Source: Camelus dromedarius (Eukaryota). Taken from it: a DNA stretch of 64,000 bases. Positions 12,560-26,499 of this stretch are shown in pieces. The notes under the pieces were generated by a model, which did not search any database, was not told where the DNA came from, and was given only the letters and a program-made list of their open reading frames with translations. How positions within the stretch are numbered: position 1 is the first letter of the stretch; the number at the start of each line of letters is the position of its first letter. The DNA is taken from contig NC_087436.1 in the NCBI RefSeq assembly GCF_036321535.1, positions 49,478,001-49,542,000 on the forward strand, given 5' to 3'. The position numbers and the translations under genes were made by a program.

Positions 12560-13120
12560 TGTCTGTGAAATCTCTGCTGATGACTCCCAGATCATTGTAG
12601 CCCCATCCTCTCTTCCAGCTCTTGAACTGTATCACTGAACACTTATTGGATATTTTCGTTAGAATGTCTTCTCTCAAACTCCCCATGTTCTCTGCCAACA
12701 GCATTGGCAGTCACTCGTGAAAACTTGTGGTCATCTTTGACTTTGCCTCCTCCTTCAGCTTTCTCTTCCTCTGTCTGTTGGTTTTTGTCTATTTTTTCTA
12801 CTACAGGAAAGCTCTTCTATCCTTACCCCCTATCTCGAGTCTGTCAGGTTAGTTCAGGCTCTCACTATCTGGTGTGACTCTTACTTTTCACAGATCATTG
12901 GCCTACTCTAACCTCCAGTGTATCCTGTTTATGCCTAGCAGATGAATTTCTTTTAAGCATTGTTTTAATTTCATTCCTCACCTTTCATTGCATCCTGTTC
13001 TTTTTTTTTTTCTCTTTCATGTCATGGTCTGCATAATTTGGCCCAAGCTTTTGCAGCTAACATTATTTAATACCATTTGTTCTTTTATTCCAGCAAGTCT
13101 GTCGTATGCTCCACAGCATG
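12560..13120 (+). mobile_element. L2 LINE fragment
   Basis: tgctgatgactcccagatc..., aaacttgtggtcatctttgactt, ctagttcaggctctcac-like motifs. Confidence 0.55.
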
Positions 13121-15699
13121 CTTTAATTTGATTAATTCAGTGTTTCCCATTGATGACCCTTGAGCTGTTTTTGGTGTTCTATGAATAAACTTCCAAAATG
13201 TTTAGTATCTATTTGAATTGGATGTAAAGTAGAAAAATATATCTCCACTGAAAATTCATGATTTGACAGGTTTTTATTACTTAGACTGAGACTAAGATAA
13301 ATATTAATGTTTTCTAAGGTATCAATTTAAATAAAATACTAAGTATGGAAAAACTGTGAAGGTGATGCATGAACAGTTGACATCCATAAAAGGAATAGTT
13401 TTATGTTATTTTCACCACCTGGAATAATGTGGGACAGATTCTATCCATCCTTTCAGTCCTCATTAAACTTCAAAATTCTCCATTAAGTCAGCCATGCCAA
13501 ATCTGCCACAGAGATGGAGGAGGATGAAGGGAGAAAACAAATCCACTGGTTTTGACCAAGAACACTGGTAATGTGTGAGTGCAAGATGTTGCTGGGTGGT
13601 GAGTGTGGGTACTGTTGTGGCAGCTCCAGTTGTGGGCTGTGCTTTTGAATATTAAAGGGGGAAAAGAAAGCTAGGATCAATATTAGAGGGGTAGACCCAG
13701 GTGAGCATGCAGATTCCTCTCAACCGCCGTCCATCCAGGCAGCTCCCTCTACAAGTTGGACAAGTGCAGAGGGAGAAACGCCAGCTCTCTAGTCTCTCTC
13801 TATCTATATATCTATCTGTCTAGATGTCTATGTATCTGTATCTACAATTCTGTCCCTTCTGTCTCCTGATGCTCCCTCTAACTTCTTCCTTTTCTTCTGA
13901 CATCCTACCCTGGTCTGCACTCTCCAAATGCGAACCGGGGAGCAGGAGCTAGTCTGGGGCGAGAAGGGTGTGAGTTTCAGATGTGGGAGCAAGAGAACTT
14001 GCCATGGGCTGTTGTAGCTTGTCTGGGCCCTTTGTGCTTGAAAAACCAGTCCTAGAGGACTTGGGGGAAGAAGCCCAAAGTGCCAATTAATGTTATTCAT
14101 CCTCTTCCCACTCCGTAAACAGAGACTTTTCCCATGGTTAAGTCATAGGATGTTTGTTTATTTTTTTTCCCTGTCCTTTCTCCCTCAGGGATCTCTTACA
14201 CTCCCCCGCCCCTCTTGGATGTGCCTGACTGGGTGTCAGTCCAGTAATCTTGTGCCTTGGATGCATCCTTCCCTTTCCCTTGGAATTAAATCTGTCAACT
14301 GTGAAACCAGTTTTTTCACAACAATTTTTAGTGGTTTCACTCTTTATCAAACCGGAGGAAGAAATTCAAGTGAAATCAAGGTGTGTGTGCCTGTGTGTGT
14401 GTTAGCAAAAACTGAACCAGGGGTTGGGTGTCAGGTTTTATTTTTGGCTCTGCTTTTAACAAGCTGGGTGGTGGCATCCTCCTCAGTTCACTCATCAGCA
14501 ACGTGAAGGGCAGAACCAGAACACCTCTCCTTCCCTCCCAGCTCAGTGATAGTGAAGAACGCCTTTCTCTTAAGTTTTATTAGGGTGTTTCCCAGTATTT
14601 CCCCCAACCTTCCACTGACCCACTGCCAGACACACGGGCAGCAAATGTAGCAACTGTTTCAAGTTTCATGGAGAGACAGATGGTTAGGTTTCATCCAACT
14701 GCTTACAGCATTCTGAACACTGAGGGGAGAAAAGGAACTAGTTATATCGGTTCCTGGTTTGAATAGGAAGTGGTGAGTGTTTGGAGGAGTCGGGACTAGA
14801 AGTGGGGAAAAACGTGTTTTGAAAAGGGAAGGCCAGCTGCTTGTTTAGCAAAGCAAGGACATGAACCTTAGCTAATGAATAAAAGCCATCCACGGAGTGA
14901 CTTTGAGAAAGTCTGAAAACAACCAGTGGGACATTTCAAGATGAGATCTGAAGAAATCCGGCAGTTTATTCTGCCTTGCACGAACTTTATATTTTACTGT
15001 CTAAAACTCCCCCTTCTCCCAGTTCTTCCAGTGCTAGCTCACAACATCATATTTCTGATTGTTCCATCTCCAGACGGTGCTGACAGACTTTACTTTGTGT
15101 ACTGTGTTTTCCAGGGAGCTGAAAAACATTGATTTTATACAGTTGGAGTGTGTGATGGGAAAAGTTTTCAGGTCTCCATTTTCTCAGGGAAAACTTAGCA
15201 TTTAACAAAAAGATACTGTGGGTGGTCATTCTGCTTGTGCATTTGATAGGTTAGAATTAGGTGATGAGATTTTAATGTGTCACTATTAATTTTTTCCTAT
15301 ATTTTTAATCCTGACATGAGATCATTTATGATAAATCTTTCTTTTCAGGAACCTAAACATTTTAAAAGCTCTAAGAATGATCGTTCCTAACAGTCCTCTT
15401 TACCACAGCCTGTTCTTGCTTTGATGCTCAGACCACACATCATTTTCTCAGGACCATGACTCAAAAGGGTTCATTTCAAGATTAAGTAATGCTGTCTAAC
15501 ATTCTAACTGAAAACAGTTTTACCCTCCTGTATCATGTCCTCCATTTCTAAGGAAAATTTTTAATGAAAAATGCTCTGGAAGAAAAATAATCTTATCCTA
15601 AGTCCAGGATTAGAATTATTGTTTTCAAGGTGTTCAATGTTTCCTGAATATAAAAATAAATCAACATCACAAGACCTTTAATTTATCTCTATAAGAACA

Positions 15700-15920
15700 G
15701 CGGCAATAACAGTGAATACCGTTTATTGGGCAGCCACTGAACCTTCGAAGCTTGGCACATTAACCCATGTAGTCCCCCCAACAAATCCATGCGATTGTGA
15801 TCCTTGTTTAGCAGATGATGAACTGAGATTTTGAGAAGCTAAGCATCCTGCCCAAGGCTGTATAACTAAGGAGTGCAGGCCTCCCTCATTACAAAGCTTA
15901 TGTACTTTTCCTTATACCAC
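15700..15920 (-). mobile_element. MIR SINE
   Basis: cagatgatgaactgagattttgagaagctaagcatcctgcccaaggct core. Confidence 0.6.
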
Positions 15921-17671
15921 ATGGATTTTTTTTTTAAAGGTACTCTTCATTCCATTTATAAATAACTTTGTAATTGTTTAAAGAAAATAAATCTGCTTTC
16001 AAGTTCTCATTAGAAATGACTTTTTGGAGTTAATTTAGAACATAGAATAAGTCAAACATATGCATCCACAATTTGAAAAAAAAAAGTTTGTAGGTCTGGA
16101 GTAGTAATTTAGGTTCCAGTGTCATCACTTTTTTGGTGTTGGAAGGGCCTTTTGAAATTTCATCAAAACATCCGGTCTGGGGATTCCCTCTGCCCCACCA
16201 CCCTTAAAGGAACTGTTTGATCTCATTTAGTGACAGGACAGGCAGAACTTTTCAGGCAGAACTTTCCATTTTCAGCCAATCTGAATGATTAGTAATAGTA
16301 CTTCACCTTTATATACTCTGTGCAGTTGACATGTTACTCACCTCTTTTACACATCTTGTTTCATTTGTGATAGCTTGTTCTTATTTTGAGTCCAAGTTTG
16401 TTCTCCCATTTCCTTCAAACTCATAGAACCAATGGAAACATTTTCTGTGTAGAATGTAAATGAGGTGGGGCATAGTGCTGGGGTGAATAATTTCTAATTG
16501 AATGTTCATGGTGTGGTATCTCTTTGCCAAGGTGGTTTTGGTGAACATAATCCTTGTAGAGTTGATGACAATGAGTGCTTTCCGCATCTATGAAGCCTTT
16601 CTAGAGCTACAAAACCAAGAGCTTTGCTTATGCAACTCTGTATTTCCCCCTCCCCTCTCCCCCTGCCCCTGCTGTGAAAAAACAGCACCATGGAAGGCAG
16701 GGATATTTCTGACCAACAGCAATAACTTGCCACCTTAGGGACAATAGGTCTATGGATAGAGAATTACAAAGTAAACTCTTGGTAGCTAAGAATGTTGCTT
16801 TGGTTTTAGAAATTGAAGCTTTTGACTTTTGAGTTACCTGTTAATGTCAATGTGGGTAAAACAAAAGAACTTGATATTACAGACCTTTAACTGAACTTTT
16901 TGTGCCCTTTAAAAAACACACTCTGAGGGCTTGGAAAGATATCATACATTTTTACCTTGGGACCTCTGTCTAGATAAGATGAATCCTTTTATCTACTTTT
17001 CTCATTCTTGCATGTAAAGTGTTAAGTGTGCAAAAGGGAGTGTGCAATCAGATATAGTTCAGAAAATGCATATGCAAGACTCACATGGATAAAATCATGC
17101 AATTTCTCTAGGCCCAGTTCTAACTCCTGCATGACTGGAGTATGTGGATCATGGTGTGTGTCCCTCAGTTTAGAAAGAATCAACCTTACTGTTGGGGCAG
17201 CTTTCCAATCAGGCTTACATCCCCATAATTGTTTGATAAGTACATTTTACCTTCTGATATATAGATAAGCATGCCCCCGATCAGAATTTAAAGGAATGCG
17301 CATCACTAATATTACCTGATCTTTCACGTGGTCAGAGAAGATTAGAATAGTCTGATAGGACTTTATTCAACAACGCTGATTTCTTCTAAGGATCTCCTCA
17401 AAGGGCTGACAAATTGATAGTTTCCTCATTTTTCTCATTTAGCAATTTCAGTTATTTAATACCTATGGATATATATATTAAAGGAGAAGAGAAGTATGAT
17501 GAGGGGGAGCTAGGTAGAATTTAGTGTCAGGGGCGATGGGAGGAATTGACCATTTTTAGTCTGAACTATTTTGAGTTGGAGACATGTTACTTATCTTCAA
17601 TTAACTGGGTATCTATCAAGGACAAGGGTTATAGTCATTCATGTGTAGCTCCAAAGGGAAGAAAGATGGTG

Positions 17672-17886
17672 AGGTGAGATTTGCAAATATTAACTACTAT
17701 AAATATAAACAACAAGTTTCTTCTGTATAGCACAGGGAACTATATTCAATATCTTGTAGTAACTTATTATGAAAAAGAATACGAAAAGGAATATGTGATG
17801 TCTTTATGTATATGTATGACTGAAACATTATGCTGTGCATCAGAAATTAACACACTGTAAACTGACTATACTTCAATAAAAAAAAA
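17672..17886 (+). mobile_element. L1 3' end (cetartiodactyl/camelid type)
   Basis: aacaacaagtttcttctgtatagcacagggaactatattcaatatcttgtagtaac...actgactatacttcaataaaaaaaaa. Confidence 0.85.
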
Positions 17887-18013
17887 TGACACGGAGAAAA
17901 TATGCTTTTAGGAAGCAGAATTCTACTTTCTTCCCCACCCATAAAATGCTTATACATCTGAGTTTCCTGAAGAAAGATTTATCAATTAGAATTGTTATAA
18001 AATGGATGGATGA

Positions 18014-18160
18014 GGGGGGAGGGCATAGCTCAAGTGGCAGAGTGCATGGCTAGCATGCATGAGGTCCTGGGTTCAATCCCAGTACCTCCTCTGAGAATAA
18101 GTAAATAAATAAACCTAATTACCTCCCCTTACCAAAAACAAACACAAATTAAAAAATACA
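18014..18160 (+). mobile_element. Camelid tRNA-derived SINE (Vic-1-like)
   Basis: gggggagggcatagctcaagtggcagagtgcatggctagcatgcatgaggtcctgggttcaatcccagtacctcc, cctaattacctcccc, A tail; imperfect TSD aatggatggatg/aatgaatgggtg. Confidence 0.88.
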
Positions 18161-21100
18161 ATGAATGGGTGGAACCATCTCAAATTCTCCCTCCCAAAAA
18201 GTGTTCCAGTAGACACAAAACCAACAGTCAATGATGTTATGGGCTTCCCCAGTGTTGAGCTCTCTGGAGACCAGAAAGAACAAGACAGGTACAGTCCTTC
18301 CTCTTTGAAAGCTTGTATTGAGAGCAACGTTTGGAGGACTTAGGAAGCAGGGAAGGTCGAAAGGGAAAGAGTCATTAGGGAAGCTACTCAGAAGGACGAG
18401 GTCAGAGGGGAAGAGACAGGATGCCTCAGAACTGTGGCTGGGACGTGACCACTTCATCTAGGCTGTGCTGGGTACACAGTGATGAGCAACGTGCCATCCC
18501 GGCTCCCAAGGGGCTTCTAGTCCAGGGTAGGGACACACCCTTGAGAGAGAGAGCAAGCACGCTGATTGGTCCCACCTGGGATTCATCCACGGGGAGTGGG
18601 CGTGTGCTCCTCTGAGTGGTCTCACTGCGTGTGGATTGTGAACTCCTTGGGCCTGTCCTTCTGAGGATGGGGCCCTCACACTTGGGATGCCCACACTGTG
18701 GCCCACCTTGGGCAGGTCAGTACTCCATTAATCCCAGCATTTTCTGTGAAAATAATAAACCACAGTCTTTGAATAAAGCCTTCCCAAAGTGTAACAACTC
18801 TGTAGGCGTCTCAGTACTCACACTGTTATTCAGCAGAGACAATAAATGCATGCATAATAAATATGACACTTGTTCATATATTTGCATTAGAAATGAACCT
18901 GTTTTTAAAAATTATGACCAAAAGGTAAATTGACCTCCCTTAAACATTTTCTACCTTTTTACTTATATACTAACTTAATTAAATATTTCCAATTTTAATT
19001 TCCAGTACTCTAGAATATGTGACAAATGTCCACTGGAGTATAAAAGTGGTAAATTTCCCTTTATTATTGTTGTTATTTATTGTGAAGACATGCTTTATTA
19101 AGCAGTCCCTGTCTCGTTACTGAAACAACTTAATATGGTTTTGCACGACTAATGGTTTTCATCAGCATTCATCACTGAATTGTTTTCTACCTAAGAAACA
19201 GGGTTGGTATTCTAAATGTTTGTCTATGCTAAGATGGGAATCTCATTACCAAAAAGGTAGTAGGTTTTAGGAGGAAATTAATTTAAATCAATCAGTAATA
19301 TGGTCTCTGTCGAGAGTTACATGACACTTATGTTCTGCCTGTCCTTTTATTTAGGGGGTTAAATATCTTCTGTTTTCTCTGCTACTGGCCAACCAGAAAG
19401 AAGTAATGCTCAGGTTTTGGCTTGCAGTGCTTAGAATGGGCATTTCTGAGTAAGAAAGAGAACTGAATTTAGATGTAGGAACAGAATAGTCTGGCTGAAC
19501 TGTTCCATCTCTCTGGCTCTTAGTTGTCTCATTAATAAAATGAAAAGAGAGGTGTTTGTTTTCTCTAATTTTTCTTCAAATTCTGACACTTTGTAGTTAT
19601 CACATTGTCTGCTTGCCATCACAAAACATCTTCTACATATTAACAAAGGAATGAAACACATATAGAGTCAGCTCACCAAAAAAGCGCCAGAAGGAAGTAC
19701 AGTAATCATGGAAAGAGAACCCCGCTGGGAATTTGAAGACTGGGCTCAGTTTTAGCTCTGACCTTGGGTAAGATACTTTGTGGTCCCTGTAATTTCAGTT
19801 CTGAGATTCTGTGAGTTCAGCAATGAAGTACAAGTTGGATATTATCAGGAAGTGAACTTTGGACTTGGGGAGACCTAGAGAAAATTGGATTTGACTTTTT
19901 TTTTTTTAAGTACAAGGTAGGTGTTAAACATTTCACAGCTTTTTAGATTACCTTTGACGGAACTTTTTGAAGTATGAAGAGGTGGAGGATCATTACTTCT
20001 ACCCCATAAGTCCTCTGAGTTTAGAACTAATTGAGAAACGGGCAGAGCCAGATAGATCAGGAGCAGAGGAGTAGGAAGGCTGAATTTGGGTATGGAGCTT
20101 AGATGGTCCCTTAATGGTGGAAAATGTATTGTTTCCAACTGTTTTCCCCTAAGGGTGAGCTTTGGGATGATCCACTAGAATTATGTAGGGCAGACATACC
20201 CAGAATCACTGCCTCATTTCTGCTGAACTCTAGTAGCTGACACAGAGAGAGACTGTGCTCCAAGGAGGAGATTTGGGCCCTGACCCCTGCGTGTTTACCA
20301 TATGAAGTGTAAGGCCTGGAGGAGAAGGCCAGTGGGGAACCAGTACGAATAACTGGGGCTGGTGGTCTGGAAGGGATGCGGATCTGAATACAAAGCCCTG
20401 TTAAAGAGCTTTGTTAGTTTATTCTTCTCTGGAGCCCCCAGGTATTTTTCACCAGGGCCTTAACTGTCCTCTCATAGTGAAAGCCTCTCTTCATAGGCCT
20501 GAAGAGAGACGAGGGAAGAGCTGAGCCACACCTGTGCAGCTCCATGTTCTGATCTCCCCGGTCATCTGTGCATTTCCTCCTTGTTTGGGAAACACAGAGG
20601 CCCCGTGTGTGGAAGCGGGAGGGAGTTTCACTCTAGAAGCCCCTTCTCAGAAACTCAAGGCTAGGGCACCAACAGTTTTTCTTAACAGGCCTTCTTCTCT
20701 TTCTACTTGTGATGGCAAGTATTTATTAGAAGTCTTACCTTTTCTTCTTAACACTATAGCTGAACTGACACCTGCCAAAATTGGTGAACAATTGTGTATC
20801 AATTAGCCTGAAACCTTTTCCTCCCACTCTTGGTCTTGACTTAGGGCAAACACATGAATCTTGTCTAAGAATTCCATGGAACTGTTCAAGTCTTTTCCTC
20901 AAGGATCCTTGGGGAGAATGAGTTTATATAAGGTTTACTCATGGAGGTCAAGGGGTTGGTTACTTACAGGTCTTGAGATCATATGGAGATATGCTTCTCT
21001 GGGGGAACTAACCTCATACACTGCTAATCCCTTTTGCCCTGCCTTCTTTACCAAAGCTTGGGACTGTAATACCTGTCTTTATATCCGATCATGCTGGATT

Positions 21101-21754
21101 AGCTTGCTTGGGGGTAGCACAAATTCTGGGAGCTGTGGTGGTGGAAATACTGATGCCTTGATGTAGAGGTGACTTAAATACAGGGTAGCCTAGAAAAAAG
21201 AGCAGCTTTCATCCTCCCAAATGCTGCTCTACCTGGGTTTGTGAACATACCTTGGGGACAGTCTCCCTGACTCTATCTTCCTTCCTCTGTAACTATCAGA
21301 GACAAGGAGACTAGTTTTGTGTTAGACCTGGAAAAGAATACTCAGTAAAAGGATATCCAGAAATCTTAAAGACTAAAAGTGAAGAAAACTGAGTAAAATT
21401 TAAAATAAAGCTAGCATTTGTGATAGAGCAGACTGCCAATTCAAGTACTAAATCTATGGTACTTGTTTTTGAGAGCACTGTAAAAATACACAAGTGGCCT
21501 TATATCACATCAGCTGAATGCAAAGAAAAGCCACAAAGCCAGGGACTATTCCCAGGACAGTGGATGGGGAGAGGGAGCAAAGAGGATGACAAAGCCCTGG
21601 TTTATTGCCATCTGGAGCCTGCCTGCCTGGCTTCGAATCTGGGCTCATCATGTTATCTTAGGAAATTGTTTAAATGCTCTGTGCCTCAGTTACATCTTAT
21701 CTAAAATGAGGTTAGAAATGGTATCCCGTGCTTCAAGAATGCCCATATTGGATG

Positions 21755-22312
21755 TGATATGGTAAAGCTGGTGCAGCCAAAGGAGGGAGGCTTGGAAGAG
21801 ATTTGTTTATTATGCCTAGAGAGGGGATTCATTGAGTATGATACAGGACCATGGGGGATGAGCCAGCTCTTGGTCAGGTGGCAGAAGATAGGAGGGAAGG
21901 ATAAATCTGGGCCAGAGCTTTTATTGGGATTTCCTTGGGAAAGATAAGGCAGCGCAGGGTAAACAGTTTACGATTGGCAAGTCTGAATAATTCCTGTGGG
22001 CTTCAGACTGAAGGGGTAGTTTCTTGTTGCCTGCTACCTGGCCCTGGGGTGATTCAGTGCAGGGGAAATGCACTTGGTGTATGAGAGTTAGATGTGAAGA
22101 AGTGTCTGGGGCTGTAGACTTGGGATTGGCTAGTTTATATATGAGAGATGTGCTCCTGGCTGAGCCTTTTGTTATCTTTAAGAATTGGCTAGGTCTGGGA
22201 GGGGCATCTCTCCCTGGATCTGAGAGGCCCGCAAATGCTAAAGATTCAAAAATACAGAAAATAAGAAAATTATAATTAGCCCTGTGACCAGTGGGTACCA
22301 AATACCCATGTA
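21755..22312 (-). mobile_element. ERV solo LTR (MER74-like)
   Basis: Reverse complement reads ttttcttattttctgtatttttgaatctttagcatttgcgggcct...gcccctcccagacctagccaattcttaaagataac, resembling the MER74 5' part. Confidence 0.6.
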
Positions 22313-22680
22313 CAGAATCTAAGAAAACACAGACTACCTACCTTATTGTGACGTTTAATGATTTAATGAACATGTAGTTCAACAGCCCGTCAGTTTCTGT
22401 CCTCAATCTAACTGCATGGGAAGCTGAGGCCTGGAGGGGAGTGAGGATCTCTGCCTTCAGTAATTCTCTCCTGGAACAACAAAACCTTGTAGAGTATGTA
22501 GGAGAGCTTGCAAAGCGATTGGAGTTTTTTAAATGGTCCATTGTGAGTGGCATGTTGGGATTGTACAGAATAGTTAAGATGAAACAACTTGTATGTGTAC
22601 ATAATTTTCAAGCAGCTAATTAATTTTATGAAATGTAGGTCAAACTGTATAGAACATGAAATGGATTAAGAATTATTTAT

Positions 22681-22852
22681 GGGGGGGTAGGGTATAGCTC
22701 AATTGATAGAGTGCCTGCTTAGCACATGTGAGTTCCTGGGTTCAATCCCCAGTACCTCCATTAAAAATAACAACAAAATATATAAACCTAATTACCTCCC
22801 CCCAAAACAACAACAACAAAAAAACTAAACAATAAAACCAAAGTTAAAAAAA
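22681..22852 (+). mobile_element. Camelid tRNA-derived SINE (Vic-1-like)
   Basis: gggtatagctcaattgatagagtgcctgcttagcacatgtgagttcctgggttcaatccccagtacctcc; TSD aattattta on both sides. Confidence 0.88.
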
Positions 22853-23419
22853 ATTATTTACAGAATTTTAACTGGTTTAGCATTTTGTTGATATTCAAGA
22901 TGCGAAAACCAGGATATAAAAGGAAATAAGTTAATAAGAGATGATTTCTTTTACCTAAAGACAGAGGTCAGCAGTTACTTTGATTGCCCCATGTTGAAGT
23001 TAGTCACAGTGTCTGCACTGAGGGTGATGTGGACTGTAGGATGCTATGGGGGTGACACCATGAGGGACAGATTTTGCCATCTCTGCCACTGTGTCAATGA
23101 ATGTGAGTTAAATGGTGGGGAGTGTTGGACTTGGATCCACAAGATTGGGTTGTGGGTCTGTCTCTGCCATTTCCTAGTTATGTGACTTTTTGCCATTCCC
23201 ATCTGTAAATGGGAGCAATGATGATTTATTAGGATGGGTGTGGGGTTCCATGAGATAATGTTTTTGAATATTTTCAATGAGAGCTCATTCTCAGTATCCT
23301 AGCTCTCCCGAAGACATCCCCCGATTTCTACTCGAGTTCTCTAAGTAGGTAGATGCATTTGCTCATGCTGCTGTTGGGTACTCAGTTCTTAGATTCTTCA
23401 TTGCGTATATAAATAGACA

Positions 23420-23602
23420 AGAGTTCTGGCTTTGCATTCTGTCTGACTTTACTCCTCTAATCCTTAGTTTTCTCATCATTAAAATGAGGATAATAATAGC
23501 ATCAACCTCATGAGTTGTCATGATAATTAAATGAAATTACATATGTAGAACACTTAGCTTAGTACCTGACGCATAATAATCACTCAATAAATGGTTATTA
23601 TT
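23420..23602 (+). mobile_element. MIR SINE
   Basis: ccttagttttctcatcattaaaatgaggataataatagc...tagaacacttagc...cactcaataaatggttattatt. Confidence 0.7.
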
Positions 23603-23764
23603 AATCTCATTTCATGTACACATGAAGGAGTTTGATCTACACTTCTGGGATTCAGATACAAACTAATCTATGTCTCATTAGCAGAATCAGTGAGAAAAAA
23701 ATAGAGGAAGTTAACTAATGTTATTAAATAATTGATCAAAAGAGCTGTTACAAAGGACAAATGA

Positions 23765-23936
23765 CTTTTTTTTAACATTTGTTTTTAAAATTGAAGTATA
23801 GTCAGTTACAACGTGTCCATTTCTGGTGTACAGCATAATGTTTCAGACGTATGTATATTTGTTTTCATATTCCTTTTCATTATAGGTTATTACAAGATAT
23901 TGAATATAGTTCTCTGTGCTGTACAGAAGAAATTTG
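23765..23936 (-). mobile_element. L1 3' end
   Basis: ttgaagtatagtcagttac...tataggttattacaagatattgaatatagttctctgtgctgtacag, antisense of the 17672 element. Confidence 0.85.
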
Positions 23937-25239
23937 TTTTGGGACAAATGAATTTTCTGTGTTTTTTCAGCAGGGTTTTACTGTAGCTCAGTGTGTTTCT
24001 TTGAGAAAAATATAACACTAACAAAAACCTATTGACTCTTTGAAATTTAAAAAACCCCTCCAAATCCCTTAATTTTGGGATTAGCAATGAACTTTTATTG
24101 TTAATACTGGCAACTTAAAGTAACCTTAATGGCAATAAGGAAACTATTGTTTCACTTAGATGGAAATTATTTAAGAAAGAAATACTATGATGATTGTTCA
24201 GTCATGTAAGTAATGAGCTTCTATTAGTAGATGCTGGAGTGAGTGTCTTAGGAAATATAACAGTCAATAAGAACCAATATTTATCATGAGAAAACATATT
24301 TAAAACAGACCAGACTGGCACTTAGTAGGAGCTCAAGAACATTAATTTCTCCTTACCTCTCTCAAGGAATTCTTAAGTGGTGTAGAGAGATAAGACATAA
24401 GGAAAATAAAACTTACTACTGTAACAAAGTTTTTTTTTTTTTAAGTCTATCATTTGAGTAGTACCTGCAGTGAATGCTTTAGAAATTCCATTGGTTCATC
24501 TTCAAAGAAAACTTCTAGGGGAGGCGATTTTAATGTTTCTGTGTGCCACAGAAGTTGTGAGATAATGCCTGGTAATTAGCATAAGCTTGAAGCCAAATAG
24601 CTTGAAAAACATGTTCCAGGACACTGCAGATCAAATCATAGTTCTATAAAAAGAAACTGCTGGATGTTCAGCTGACAGATCATCATCCATAAAAGGATAG
24701 CTTAATGGATTTCAATCATTATCTACACACAAAATCACAGAGCCAAGTTTATGTGCATTGTTAATCATATGTTGTGAACCTGGTAAAAGAAAATGTGACA
24801 GAAGCATCAGATGAAATGTTTTCCTTTTCCTGACTTAAATTGCAATATTTGATCTTCGAGAATCACTAAAAAAGAGTGGTTTCTTGGAGAAATTGCTCTA
24901 AGAAATGTTCATGGTCTTATTGGAGGAACAAAGTGGTGGAACAGAGGAAGAGCTCTGAACAGTGGGTGCTTTATAAAGCTACTGAATTCCTTGGTTTGGC
25001 TAATATGTAAATTCTAAAAGAAAGCATGTTCCAATCTAGAGGATTTGTATGTATAGATAGGGGTAGGAGTGTGTGTGTGTATGTATGTGTGTGTTTTAAA
25101 CCAGGAGACATTTAAAAAATTTTAAATTATGCTAATAACCCAATTATTTCCTAAATTATTTTAAACAATTGATCTTCTTTGAAAATGTTAAGGAAATGAT
25201 ATATCTTGCAGACATGAATATTTTAAGAAAATAAGGATA

Positions 25240-26240
25240 TTCATTATGGTACATGTCACAAGATATGTAAAATCAGTAGCTTTTTGATATTGCACATTCT
25301 TATAAAGAAAACAAAGGGAAAATATTCCATTTACATTTACAAACAAATGCATCTAATATCTAGAATAGTTTTTTAAGAAATATGCGGGAACTGGATGAAT
25401 TATAGCATTCTACATAATAGCATAACAAAAGGATTGGGAAACATGACAAAAGATTTGAATAAATGGAGAGACATACGTTAGAAAAAACAGGCTTAATTTT
25501 TGTAAGGAGGTCAATTTGGTTTAAATTTACTCTGTACACGGTGTATTATTAAATAAAATCCCTAATTATTGTGGGGAGGTTGGTGAGAAACTTGATAAAA
25601 TGATTCTAAATTCACTTTGAAGAATAAGCATGCAGGTATAAATAAAAAGTCTGAAAAACAAAAACACTAAGAAGGAACATTTCCTAAACAGATATTAAAA
25701 TGTATCATAAAAATGCTAAAATTAAAACAATGTGAGAAGTAGATGGTAAGAAATAAAATGTCCATCCTCAGATCCAAATATACATAGGGATTTAGCATTT
25801 GAGGAAGTTAGAATCATGAATCAGTAAGGAAAATATGCATTCATGAATAAAATGTCCCATATGTAATCATTTGGGGCAAAATGTCATTTCTACAGTACAC
25901 TTTACATTATTTATACTTGTTTAAAAACTATAAAAGTAACAGAAGAAAATATGGGCAGATTTTAAAGAAAATATCTGGGCGGAGAAGTATGATTTTGAAG
26001 TATGATATGAAAGCCAGAGACAATAAAAAACAGATTGATTAATTTAACTATAGAAAGCTAAATGTTATGAATGGAATAAATACTGCACATGAGATTGAAA
26101 GACCAAAGGCCAGCAGGAAAAAAGATTTTCCACATACATGACATCTGGAGGTCTACTATCCTTAATAAACAAAAAATCTCTTACAAATTACTAAGAGTGT
26201 ATACCCCAACAGAAAAATAGTCAAAATACAAAAATACAGC
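25240..26240 (+). mobile_element. Old L1 (L1M) ORF2 3' region, decayed
   Basis: A-rich; aaagatttgaataaatggagagacatac, aacttgataaaatgattctaaattcac, aaagccagagacaataaaaaacagattgat. Confidence 0.7.
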
Positions 26241-26499
26241 ATACACAAGAAATACTTTGGTTGTACAATAAAATTAGTGGGAGACCAAGGTAGGAAGAGG
26301 AGGAAAACTGGCATTAAACTTAAGAGACAATAGTGAAAGACAGAATTCTTGCTAGTGGAATAATAAAATGTTTTTGTTACGTTGTTTTTCAAACTTAACT
26401 ACATTGCTTATGGAAATACTTGTGTTATATGCTGAATGTGATTCCAATATTCACTGAAGGTCTTTTCAATTAAACTTAAAAAAAAAAAAAACTTGAGCA

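Noticed and set aside
16502..16738. VNIILVELMTMSAFRIYEAFLELQ as a further dynein-like exon (TVLLQE helix)
   Set aside because: Position fits the order, but similarity is too weak, splice sites are unclear and adjacent sequence looks L3-derived; not counted as evidence
18014..18090. tRNA-like sequences (also at 243, 22681, 39033 and 51015)
   Set aside because: They are heads of a SINE family with a shared body, A tails and TSDs, not tRNA genes
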